From Heptranchias perlo (Eukaryota), in assembly GCF_035084215.1 (NCBI RefSeq), contig NC_090329.1, forward strand, positions 70,060,001 through 70,124,000: 64,000 nt of DNA, written 5' to 3'. The translations under genes and the position numbers were made by a program. Of the stretch, positions 13,022-24,735 are shown piece after piece. The first letter of the stretch is position 1, and each line of letters begins with the position of its first letter. The notes beneath the pieces are model-generated. The model was not told where the DNA came from and did no database searches. It was given only the letters and a program-made list of their open reading frames with translations.

Positions 13022-14359
13022 TTCCACTTCAAAAGACTTCATTGGTTGTGAACACTTTGGGATATCATGATGTCAAGAAAGGTACCATATAAATGCAAGT
13101 TCTTTCTTCCTTTAATATCATTTGCATCTCAGTATGAATGCAAAAACACACAGATCCACAGAACTGAATTTTAAAGAAATCATACATTAGTCATAATACA
13201 TAGTATGATGCATCACACATGCAGAGAAACACATATAAAGGATGAAATTTAGAAGACAATGAAGGTCCAATGGTGGAGGTCCCATTCATGGCCCACCTGG
13301 ACCATACCCTCTCACCCCCCTACCCCCCCAATTAGTTCCTCCACCCCAGAAAGATGGCAGAGAATCGTCAGCCCCCCACTACCTACTGAACCAACAGCAA
13401 ACTCCAAACCACCTCTCTGCTGCCACTAACCATGATTCCGACTCTTCTCTTTACAGCCTACAGCACTCACTAAGAAGCACCTTCAACCTTGCCTTCGTGC
13501 AGTGCTATATAACTGTATGCGGTTATTTGTACACCCGTGTATGCATAAATAACAGCGGCGCTGTATTAGAGATGGTTCAGATGCTGTTCAGATCTTTTGC
13601 TTCTTAGGTAGCAATAATAACCTTGAATTCAATTATTATCCCAATTTCAAAGTGCTCCACTAGATAGCGCACTTGCAACATTATAAACTGTTTGCCCCTG
13701 TCCAAAGTCAGAGTAAGATCACACTCCCTTCTCTTAACTGTCTAGACAGCTACCAGGACTTTACATATTATGAATGGATGGCTGCCAGCCAGCCCTCCAG
13801 CTGCCTATGTCTGGCCCCACTCATGGGGCACTTGTTGCCTCAAAACATTAATCATCCTTGTACCTACTGTTCAGTTGAAGGGCTCACTCATTTATGCAGA
13901 TGAAAAATGAAGTTAAACTCATACATTTGAAAGAATCATGCAGAAGAAATTTTGGGTAGCATTACAGTTTTTTTACATTTTGATTTTAGAAGAAAAATAA
14001 ACAACAACAGCAGTAACTGCTCTGGAAACGGATGTGCAAGTTATGCTTCGTAGAGGCTGTACATTCTGCAGCATCAACTTTTACAGTGTGACATTAATAG
14101 TTTCATAATATATAGAAGTCATGATTTCCTCTGTTATAATCACTAATATAAATTCTAATATTATCACGTGTCAAATGTCTATTGTTCTTGTAACAAATAC
14201 ATTGCAATTCATACGAAATTCCTCCATGCACTACTTAAGTGCATTTGTTAACTTGTTTTGTTACAAATACCAGTGAGAACAATTTCAATCCTCATACTTC
14301 TAGAATGTGTTATATGGCACCAACACATCCTGGAGTTTAGGTCATGTTAATTACGGGAG

Positions 14360-16445
14360 TGGCTTCACTCTCACTCTCACAATTTATGACAAAGGGGCAA
14401 AGACTCAGGATTATCAGTAGAGGAAAATGTTTTCACATTATTAGAGCGTGGAATGGTTACTGAAACTATAACATAATTTAAAAGGGAATTTTTTTTTTAT
14501 TCGTTCATGGGATGTGGGCGTCGCTGGCGAGGCCGGCATTTATTGCCCATCCCTAATTGCCCTTGAGAAGGTGGTGGTGAGCCGCCTTCTTGAACCGCTG
14601 CAGTTCGTGTGGTGAAGGTTCTCCCACAGTGCTGTTAGGAAGGGAGTTCCAGGATTTTGACCCAGCGAAAATGAAGGAACGGCGATATATTTCCAAGTTG
14701 GGATGGTGTGTGACTTAGGGGAACGAGCAGGTGGTGTTGTTCCCATGTACCTGCTGCCCTTGTCCTTCTAAATGGTAGAGGTCGTGGGTATGGGAGGTGC
14801 TGTCGAAGAAGCCTTGGCAAGTTGCTGCAGTGCATCCTGTGGATGGTACACACTGCAGCCCCGGTCCGCCGGTGGTGAAGGGAGTGAATGTTTAGGGTGG
14901 TGGATGGGGTGCCAATCAAGCGGGCTGCTTTGTCCTGGATGGTGTCGAGCTTCTTGAGTGTTGTTGGAGCTGCACTCATCCAGGCAAGTGGAGAGTATTC
15001 CATCACACTCCTGACTTGTGCCTTGTAGATGGTGGAAAGGCTTTGGGGAGTCAGGAGGTGAGTCACTCGCCACAGAATACCCAGCCTCTGACCTGCTCTT
15101 GTAGCCACATTATTTATATGGCTGGTCCAGTTAAGTTTCTGGTCAATGGTGACCCTCAGGATGTTGATGGTGGGGGATTCGGCGATGGTAATGCTGTTGA
15201 ATGTCAAGGGGAGGTGGTTAGACTCTCTTGTTGGAGATGGTCATTGCCTGGCACTTGTCTGGCGCGAATGTTACTTGCCACTTATCAGCCCAAGCCTGGA
15301 TGTTGTCCAGATCTTGCTGCATGCGGGCACAGACTGCTTCATTATCTGAGGGATTGCGAATGGAACTGGACAGTGTGCAGTCATCAGCGAACATCCCCAT
15401 TTCTGACCTTATGATGAAAGGAAGGTCATTGATGAAGCAGCTGAAGATGGTTGGGCTTAGGACACTGCCCTGAGGAACTCCTGCGGCAATGTCCTGGGGC
15501 TGAGATGATTGGCCTCCAACAACCACCACCATCTTCTTTTGTGCTAGGTATGACTCCAGCCACTGGAGAGTTTTCCCCCTGATTCCCATTGACTTCAATT
15601 TTATTAGGTCTCCTTGGTGCCACACTCAGTCAAATGCTGCCTTGATGTCAAGGGCAGTCACTCTCACCTCACCTCTGGAATTCAGCTCTTTTGTCCATGT
15701 TTGGACCAAGGCTGTAATGAGGTCTGGAGCCGAGTGGTCCTGGTGGAACCCAAACTGAGCATCGGTGAGCAGGATATTGGTGAGTGAGTGCCGCTTGATA
15801 GCACTGTTGATGACACCTTCCACCACTTTGCTGATGATTGAGAGTAGGCTGTTGGGACGGTAATTGGCCGGATTGGATTTGTCCTGCTTTTTGTGGAGAG
15901 CACATACCTGGGCAATTTTCCACATTGTCGGGTAGATGCCAGTGTTGTAGCTGTACTAGAATAGTTTGGCTAAAGGTGCGGCTAGTTCTGGAGCACATAC
16001 TTCAGCACTAGTCGGGATGTTGTCGGGGCCCATAGCCTTTTCTGTATCCATGCACTCAGCCATTTCTTGATATCAAGTGGAGTGAATCGAATTGGCTGAA
16101 GACTGCTTCTGTGATGGCGGGGATATCGGGAGGAGGCTGAGATGGATCATCCACTCGGCACTTCTGGCTGAAGAGAGTTGCAAATGCTTCAGCCTTGTCT
16201 TTTGCACTCACGTGCTGGACTCCACCATCATTGAGGATGGGGATGTTTACAGAACCTCTTCCTCCCTTTAGTTGTTTAATTGTCCACCACCATTCATGAC
16301 TGGAATTGGATATGTGTTTGAAAAAGACATTCAGGAAAAAGGCAGGGAAATCAGAATCGACAGTTCTGTTTAAAGAGCTAGTAGCAGTGGAGACGTGGTG
16401 GGCCAAATGGCCTCCTGCTATGCTGCAATTTGATTCTACGACAGT
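14360..16445 (+). mobile_element. Old CR1 3' fragment, split by LINE-B
   Basis: 14360-14490 and 16305-16445 resemble a CR1 3' end (GGGCCAAATGGCCTCCT; GATTCTA tail). Confidence 0.55.
14490..16304 (-). mobile_element. LINE-B, 5'-truncated 1.8 kb
   Basis: ORF pieces 14635-15925 (ALDIKAAFD, GVPQGS, MFADD); poly(A) at 14489-14500; GGAATT at both ends. Confidence 0.95.
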
Positions 16446-16776
16446 GTTTCAAAAGTGTTGCCAAGTGTTTATGGGGTTTGACAATGTTTTATGTTTGGTG
16501 CCCAACAGTGTTCCATGTCTGATATCCAACAGAATCTCATATGTGATCACCAAATGTTGCCCGTATGAAATCTTGCTGTTCATCACATCTAAAATGCTAT
16601 TGGTCAATATAAATGAAATGTTGACAGACATCAGCTGTGAAATGATGTTGCATAGCAGATATGAAGCATCATTTTTGGTCATTGCACATGAAACACTGCC
16701 AGGCGCCAGACGTGGAATATTAACATGCTTAGAATTATGCGTAAAATTCTATTAAATACCTTATAAAAACACGATA

Positions 16777-16961
16777 TGACTGACTTTAAGTTTCAGCAGT
16801 GGCGGAAAATGGGTGGTAGCAGATTGGACGCCCGTCGTACACCCCGCCCGATTTTCCTTTCTCTTGAAGTTAATAGAAAGGAATAGCAGGCAGTGTATAT
16901 AATGGGCATCCGATCTGCTACTGCCTGTTTTTTTTACCACAGCCGACAGTTAAAATCCACC
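16777..16961. repeat. Palindromic MITE-like fold-back
   Basis: GGTAGCAGATTGGACGCCCG...CCTTTCT pairs with AGAAAGG...TGGGCATCCGATCTGCTACT. Confidence 0.7.
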
Positions 16962-18321
16962 ATTATTGGTCAACACACACAAAAACACTGCTGGACCCCA
17001 GGTGCAAAAGCACTACTGGTCACCAGCTGTGAAATATTCCAGGACACCAAATGCAAAACCCCGCCAGATCCACACATGAAATATTGTCAGAAGCCACATG
17101 CAGAGTGCTTGTCAGCCATCACACCTGGAATATTGTAGGAGACTAAATGTGAACTACTCCTGGATTCCACACACTAATCAGCATCAGACAGAATTTCTTT
17201 CTAGTTAGTCACTTTGATACAACGGAAGAAAATTAAGAGTAAAATTTGTCTTTTTGCCACTTCAATTACGTCCCAAAAATGACTGGAAAAGATCCTGTCC
17301 CACAGGTCAGTGGCATCTCAGAGGAAAATAACCTAAGAAGATGACAAGAGTTGGGACAGACAATACTGTGATCTAAGCTATGATCTGAATAGGGGTGATC
17401 TTATCACTTGGGTCATGCATTGTATTATATTGAATGAAATACTGCTTTTAAATTCATGATATGAAGAAATTGAGATTCCTGTTTTTGAATAGTTACTGGG
17501 TGTATTTATTTGAATTTTCAGAAATGTGATGAAAAATAATTGCGTTTATTTAAAATGTATAGATTTATTGCAGATTTTTTATGTTGACATTGTAGTACCC
17601 AAGCAAAATCATTTACTAATATTGTTCTGTTGTATAGTACTATTTCTGCTACAATAACACTAATAATTTAAAGTATACTTAGGAAACACATTATAGTTTT
17701 ACACACATCTGAAAATTCTACTTGATAATTCTCTTTGTTAGCTATTTGTAAAAGGCACATGATTAAAAATGGACCCAATTTGAAAGGAACAAACAGGGCT
17801 CAACGTCGGTAAAGACTTCCTTCCGCTTTTTCTACGCTTGCATATCACTCATCATTGGCAGCTCACTCCAAGCCAAGAAAACATGGACCCTGAATTTCTC
17901 TGTAACCACAACTAATAGCACTCTGTAATTAGCTAGTGATTCAAGAGGAGCAAGTCAATGTTTTCTTGACTGGCTGAGAAGTTATGAAACTCACTCAATG
18001 GAGACAAGTGAGTTTACTGTGCCCTTCAGTAGAAGGGGCTTAATAATTGAACCAGTGCTGATTGTGGCTGAATTAACTGCATTTGGCAACAACAGAACAA
18101 CTGCTCACATGTAAGATTTTTTATATTTGCTACTTTTGTCATTACCCATTATTGGGGGAAGGTCCTTATGTGTCATCAATGATTAAAGCAGATTGATGAC
18201 TTGTATGGGTTGGCTGTGAACTCTGTAAAGATGGTGAATCCAACACAGATACCTCTTGTGGTAGTGTTTTGGTGATGGAGGATTTCAATGCCTCTAATGG
18301 CACTGGTGCCAGGTTGTTTTA

Positions 18322-18670
18322 AGAAAGAAAGGACTAGTATTTATATAGTACCTTATCACATCCTGAGGACATCCCAAAGCACTTTATATCCAATCGATTA
18401 CTTTATGAAATGTAGTCACCCTTATCATATAGGTAAATATGGCAGCCATTTCACACACATCCAGGTCCCACAAACAGGAAATGACAAGTTAACCTGAACA
18501 AGCATGAGATCTCGGTTTAATGTTTCATCCAAATGACAGTACCTTCAACAATACAGCACTCCCTCAGTTCTGCACAGAAGTATCAACCTAGATTATGTAT
18601 TCAAGTCCTGTAGTGGGGCTTGAACCCACAACTATCTAATTCAAAGGCAAGAGTGCTCCTAAGTGAGTCA
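18322..18670 (-). mobile_element. DeuSINE-like copy with internal deletion
   Basis: Reverse similarity to 33972-34382; B box at GGGGCTTGAACCC. Confidence 0.8.
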
Positions 18671-18902
18671 ATATAAAACTTAAGTTATCAATTTTACATA
18701 TTTTACAAAAATGTGCTCCCAGCAGGAAACTGCCTACCAGAAGCACACTATAGAAAATCGTGGATACACTCTTCAAGATTTCCTGTCTATTCATAACATT
18801 GTCCTTCAAATACCCATCTATGTTGCGAAAGTACATTTTGTGAGTTAGTTAACCATTTCAACTACTAGACATCCTAAAAGTTAAAAAAAAACCTTCAATT
18901 AT

Positions 18903-19250
18903 AGAAAGAAAGAACTTGCATTTGTATATCACCTTTCATCTCCTCAGAATCTCCCAAAGTTTCACAATCAAGGAACTACTTTTGATGTGTGGTCACTGCT
19001 AATATGTAAGCAAATGTGGGAGCCAAATTGCACACATCAAGGTCCCACAAATATCAATGAGATAAATGGCAGTGTTGGTTGAGAGCAGATTTTTGCCCAG
19101 GACACTAGGAGAATTCTTCTGCTCTCTTCAAATATTGCCATGGAATCCTTCACGTCCACCTGAAGAGGTAGACAGGGATTTGGTTTAACATCTCATCCGA
19201 GAGATAGCACTTCTGACGATGCAGCACTCCGTCAGTACTGTACTGAAGTC
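18903..19250 (-). mobile_element. DeuSINE-like copy, 5'-truncated
   Basis: Reverse similarity to the SINE body and tail (AAGAACTTGCATTTGTATA). Confidence 0.8.
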
Positions 19251-19415
19251 TTGTTACTTTATCATTACAAATAGATTGTAACAAGTTGTAATCATTCCTA
19301 AAGTTACCAATATTTATGGACTTGAAGCAGGAAGTTATCAAATGCCTATCAGTCTGGCAGGCAGTGGGGTGTTGTGAAGACTCCAAAGTAAAGCTAACTG
19401 AGATCAGCTGATTTA

Positions 19416-19540
19416 AATACTACGGATGCTGGAAATCTGAAATAAAAACAGAAAATGCTGGAAAAGCTCAGCAAGAGAGGCAGCATCTGTGGAGAAAGAA
19501 ACAGAGTTAACGTTTCAGGTCGAAGACCTTTCGTCAGAAC
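19416..19540 (-). mobile_element. 125-bp Penelope-like terminal fragment with 12-bp TSD
   Basis: TCAGCTGATTTA at 19404-19415 and 19541-19552; same sequence as 29070-29185 and 63895-64000. Confidence 0.8.
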
Positions 19541-19542
19541 TC
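19504..19542 (-). ncRNA. Minimal type I hammerhead ribozyme, intact core
   Basis: Minus strand gagtt-CTGACGA-a-aggtc(ttc)gacct-GAAA-cg-TT-aactc: stem I, stem II and a palindromic vestigial stem III. Confidence 0.75.
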
Positions 19543-20489
19543 AGCTGATTTACTTTGTTTCTTGTTCCCAAATTGCACTCAATGTAAAATAAAGTATCTG
19601 AAATTTTAGTTAAAAGTTAACAGTTGATACAAAATAACAATAAAGCAGGTGTAGGCACGGTAAACTCCACTTAAAATATCAACATCTACAACCACACTGC
19701 ACGATCTCTTCCAAACTACACCCAAAGCATACTGGGGCCACAAGTCTGTAGCCCCTCCATTGCACTTCCACCATATATCTGGGTGTGGCAAAGGGGCCAG
19801 GAATTAGGCCAGGACCCAGCAAATCCGACCCTGGCCTTCTCCACCAGTTTCTGTGGGGCCTCATATGGGAGGGCATCTCCGTCCGCCCCAAACAAGATCA
19901 CCCAAGTCAAAGGAGGCAAGGCCAGGGAACAGTGGACTCCCAGACCAGGAGTGTCCTCATCCCTGGTCTGGCAGAATAGCAGCAGCCAGTGAAAAGAGAC
20001 TGGACACAAAATACTTGTAGTTTACTGTACTTCCAAAGGGTTTCTGTCACTCAGATTTATAATGCGTTGTGCTTTAGACAGATTAATTGTAATGCAGGAC
20101 ATTATTAAATGGAATTGAAAGAAAGCCTATTTGTTCCCAGCTTTTAAATTGGGCCTATTATCAATTATATTGTTTACATATATCTAATGCAGAGCATTAA
20201 CAGAGTTTGATTTCATCTGGTTCCCCAGGGAAAGGGAAAAAAGATAAAAATGAAAGGCAAGTTAAGCTGTCATACTCGATGCAATACCCACCCAAGATCA
20301 ACATTAGCAGAGTGCTGGGGATATATCAGAGTGAATTTTCTGCTGGGTGTTACAGCTGGTTTGATTCAGGGAAATGTGTGGCTAATGTTACTGCCTGGTT
20401 CCTGCTGAACATGTGCTCTGAGCACTTCTGTTGGGGCTGTATGTCCATGGTAATAACACTCCTTTTGAGCAAGAGTAACATTAAACATA

Positions 20490-20622
20490 TGTAAGGAATC
20501 TTACAACACCAGGTTATAGTCCAACAGTTTTATTTGAAATATAACTGTTGGACTATAACCTGGTGTTGTAAGATTCCTTACATTTGTCCACCCCAGTCCA
20601 TCACCGGCATCTCCACATCATT
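20490..20622. mobile_element. Penelope-like fold-back insertion with collapsed centre, 10-bp TSD
   Basis: ATTAAACATA at 20480-20489 and 20623-20632; arms about 20489-20530 and 20541-20583; matches 1-192 in reverse. Confidence 0.8.
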
Positions 20623-23600
20623 ATTAAACATACACACAGCATGTTAATGAAGGCCATGAGCAGGCTTGTTTTACTTTCTAATGAAGGGGGTGGAAGCCCC
20701 ATGCAATAGTACTTCCACACATTCTAATTATCCATTAAAGGGAAGCTGCACAAAGTCCCAATTTAAACGGGACAATATTTTCAAAGTCTTTTTTCATTCT
20801 TCAGTAGAGTAACGAGAGAAGCAGCTGGATTATTGTTCCCAGTATCATAAAGAAACTGACAAGCCAGCAAATCTTTCCAAGAGTTCTGCAGAACAGAAAA
20901 ATCCTTAAAGAAGACAAATTTGTGAAGGCTGTTGCATCATATCAACATTCACACTACCTAAAGCTATGCCAGTGCATCTAACTGGAAGCTACACCAAGTG
21001 CAGTGCCCTTTGGCAAGTCACTGCTACCTTGCTGTTTGGGCAATGCCTGGAAAGCACTTCAATTGCAGTATTTCTAAAAACAAATTTTTATTTCTTTATT
21101 TCTTGCTTCAAGTTAGGGGTGTCCAAGTTTTTGTCTTTGTGGGCTACACAGAGCCTCAGCAGCCACATATAAAGTTTACATCCATATTCCTATTAATGTG
21201 GATATATTTCTAATTGCCAATACTAATAGGTCTTGGTGTTCTGATTTAGGTCTTATCCACCTTTGAGGCAACCGTGCTAATAAAAATAAACCTCCAAGCC
21301 CACACAATTCAAAATAAAAAAAGCAAAAAATGATCAATTTAAGTGCAAATAGGACTGAGGGGCCTCTGCTTTGAGGCCAGAATGCCAGGGCTCAGGTACT
21401 GCATGTAACCCTAGGCCAATTGGCTTCACAGGCTTCAGGTCACCAGGGAGCCAGTTGGTGACTTGTGCCATCTGCTTCAAGAACACGCACAGTCAATCTG
21501 CACCACAGATAGGCACTGTCAGTGCTAGATGAGGTTATCTGTGCACTCATTCCTTCCATTCTAGCACAGACATCATCTGCACTGTCAGCCAATGTGCTGT
21601 CCACAGATATATGAAACACCTGACTGATATATACCAGTATAGCCAGCTATTTTATCTCCTTTCCTTTCGACTGCTTAATTATCACTACATTGCTGCATTT
21701 CCAAAAGTACTTAATGGCAACTATCAGATTCCTGCTTCTCCTCGGCCCTGTGACCCAACCAGTGCGACCTCAAGCTACTGAAGCTCCCAGGATGTGTGCA
21801 GCTGTGCTGGAGCTTATAAACTTGGTGAGAGGGACACATGGTGCCGTGAGTAGCTGTCTTGTTCTGGTCCACTGGCAATGCTGGCAGGCTGCTGTATCAG
21901 AGCTACATTGACAGAAAAGTGATTTAATAAGGCTAATTACACAACCCTGTGATCCCAGTAGGCTGTCCTGTGTGCAGAGAGTGCGAGTCAAAGAGTCGAG
22001 GCTACAGTCTCTGACCTGCACTCAAGCACAGCTTCCTCGTTGGGATTGCGAGATCATGGAATTAACCTTAATTTTACAATGCTACTTCAACAGAGCTTAT
22101 ATAAACTGTGTATGTTGTTTGTGTTTTTTTTTTGTGGGAGTGAATGAGAAAAGGGGCGAGACATTGGAACAGATGGTGCCAGATTGAAGGAGACCTGTTG
22201 CTTTCTTTCTCTTACTTCTTTAAATCTTTTATAGATGAGGCAGGTTTGAACCTAGCTATGACCTTCTGCCAAGCAAGCTAACCAGTTATTCTTGGGGCAG
22301 GGTGCCCTGGAGTTACAAATGCAGCAGTCCTCCTCACATGCATCACATGTAGCTGCATCTCTACTTCGCCAGACATTCGGCAGGCAGTTTGGGATGCACC
22401 ACTCGATCACTTACTCACAGACTCAGTTTCCTCTCTCCACGTTTATTGTGCCAGCCACTGAGTATTGTCAGACCCTTTTTTGTACCAACTAGTCTTTAGA
22501 AATACCTTGAAAGTATTTGCAGCCTTTACAAAAGCTAACAATTTTCACCCCCATATGTGGTACTTACCAGAAGGTCTTGTGGGGTTAGCATTCATCCAAT
22601 TGGGTGGCTGTAAAACCCACTACATGTATGATGACAAATATCGAAAGAACTGTGGGGTTGTGTGAGGGTTTGGCAGTAAATATGGAACAGGTTCATAGAC
22701 TACACTTTGTCGCAAGTATATTTGAAGGGTGCCATAGAATGCCAAATAGGGCAACTCTCCTCACATCCATCTCATGAAGCAACTAGATGGTTCAGATGTT
22801 ATGCTGCTCCTTCACTTGCCTAAAGACTCCTTTTCGTGCCTCCACAATTATTTTTTCCAGCCTTTGGTTTTTGCCAGCCACTTTCCCCCCATATAGCCTC
22901 TGCAAAGGCTGCAATTATATACTTTATTTTCACCTACAACTATATTCAGCCACTAAGTATCTGCATCCCTTTAAATGTTAGCCCTTTAATGGCTGCTGAC
23001 GTATTGGCAATTCCTGCTCTCTTCTTTTGCTGATCACCAGCGCAATATGGGCTATGAACTCACAATGAATAATTCATTAGGACCAACTTAGAAAATCCTG
23101 GGAGTTCGGTCTGGCAGATAGCCAATGAATGTTATGCTTGCTGTGCTCCAGCTTTGCTGCTTTATCCCCAGGACCAGAAATACACCCCATGCCTCAGTTT
23201 GGCAATAGGGCAAAGAAGTTGCAGGTTTACACATGACCACAATTATACTTGTACCCAACACAGGAAACAAAAGAAATGAAGCCCTTAAATTTTACAGTGT
23301 ACCCCACTCTTTGAAGTGATGGGAGACTCCCCGTACTGAAGTAAAGTCCCAAAATTAAAGTTATTGGACTGCTGGTCAGAGGCCAGATCATAAAACATTT
23401 CAGTAATCACTTTTTATGAAAATAATTTTTTAACTCTCAGTGCTAGAATTGTTCATTAAGAAAGAGAAGCATTAAGGTGATCATCACTATAAATCATTCC
23501 AGATTTGTACACTTCAAAACATCATTAAAAATGACTACAAAATAACCCCACAACATCTCGGTGACCCATTTCTACAAGGCGTTTGTAGAAAAGGTCTTCA

Positions 23601-24174
23601 CGCTAGGCTGGGCTCTCTGCAATGTTTTTCCACCTAGAATGCCCAATAATATGCATACTGCTGTCCGAGGCAAGTATTTAGTACTGTTCTAAATTAGAGA
23701 TCACCATAAACAATATGTCTTATACTGGAGACTGGCTGCATTATAGTGAGACGCCTGATAGCTGTCATTATTTATTTGAATTAAATGTCGTTAGTAGGGC
23801 AGTGAACAGCTGTAACATGACATAAAAATGCACAATTTAAATAAAATTTATGAATAATAATTTCCAAACAGGCAGCTGTGATGCCTCAGATTTAAACTGT
23901 TTATAATTTTTTGAGAGTGCTGTACAGTTTTTAGGCGTTATATTTACACAATATTAAAAGGGCTGAACTCTTATTACTATTGCAGATAATGGAGCAATAT
24001 TAATCTGAAGTACCTGTAAACAGAATTAAGAGTTCAGCTCACTTAATAAAAATACCTACCCTCAGTTTCGAAGAAAGAAACAATTCTAGGTAAATTTTCA
24101 TCTTTAGCGCTCCTTGTGTGTGAAGCTCTATACTGGGAGCCCTAAAGGTAACAATTTAGTCCTATATTTTACTA

Positions 24175-24735
24175 AGAGTTACATAGTTACATAGAGCCTA
24201 CAGCACAGACACAGGCTATTCGGCCCAACTGGTCTATGCTGGTGTTAATGCTCCTCATGAGCCTCCTCCCACCTCTCTACATCTAATTCTATCAGCATAT
24301 CCTTCCATTCCTTTCTCCTTCATCTGCTTATCTAGCTTCCTCTTGAATGCATCTATGCTATTCGCCTCAACTACTCCTTGTGGTAGCATGTTCCACATTC
24401 TTACCACTCTTTGGGTAAAGAGGTTTGTCCTGAATTCCCTATTGGATTTATTGGTGACTATCTAATATTTATTTCCCTTAGTTTTGGTCTCACCCACAAG
24501 TGGAAACATCTTCTTTATGTCTACTTTATCAAACCCTTTCGTAATCTTAAAGACTTCTATTAGGTCACCTCTCAGTCATCCCTTTTCTAGAGAAAAAAGC
24601 CCCAGCCTGTTCAGCCTTTCCTGATAATTATATCTTCTCAGTTCTGGTATCTTGTGAATCTTTTTTTGCACCTTCTCCAGTGTCTCTATATCCTTTTTAT
24701 AATATGGAGACCAGAACTGTGCACAGTACTCAAAT
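24175..24735 (-). mobile_element. CR1 3' fragment, decayed
   Basis: TATGGAGACCAGAACTGTGCACAGTACTC (EYCAQFWSPY on the minus strand); tail AGTTACATAGTTACATAG. Confidence 0.88.

Larger units (their letters stand above)
10855..13110 (+). mobile_element. SacSINE1/DeuSINE-like SINE split by two DNA-transposon insertions
   Basis: Pieces 10855-10996, 12336-12561 and 13022-13110 reassemble into one copy collinear with 33972-34382. Confidence 0.85.
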
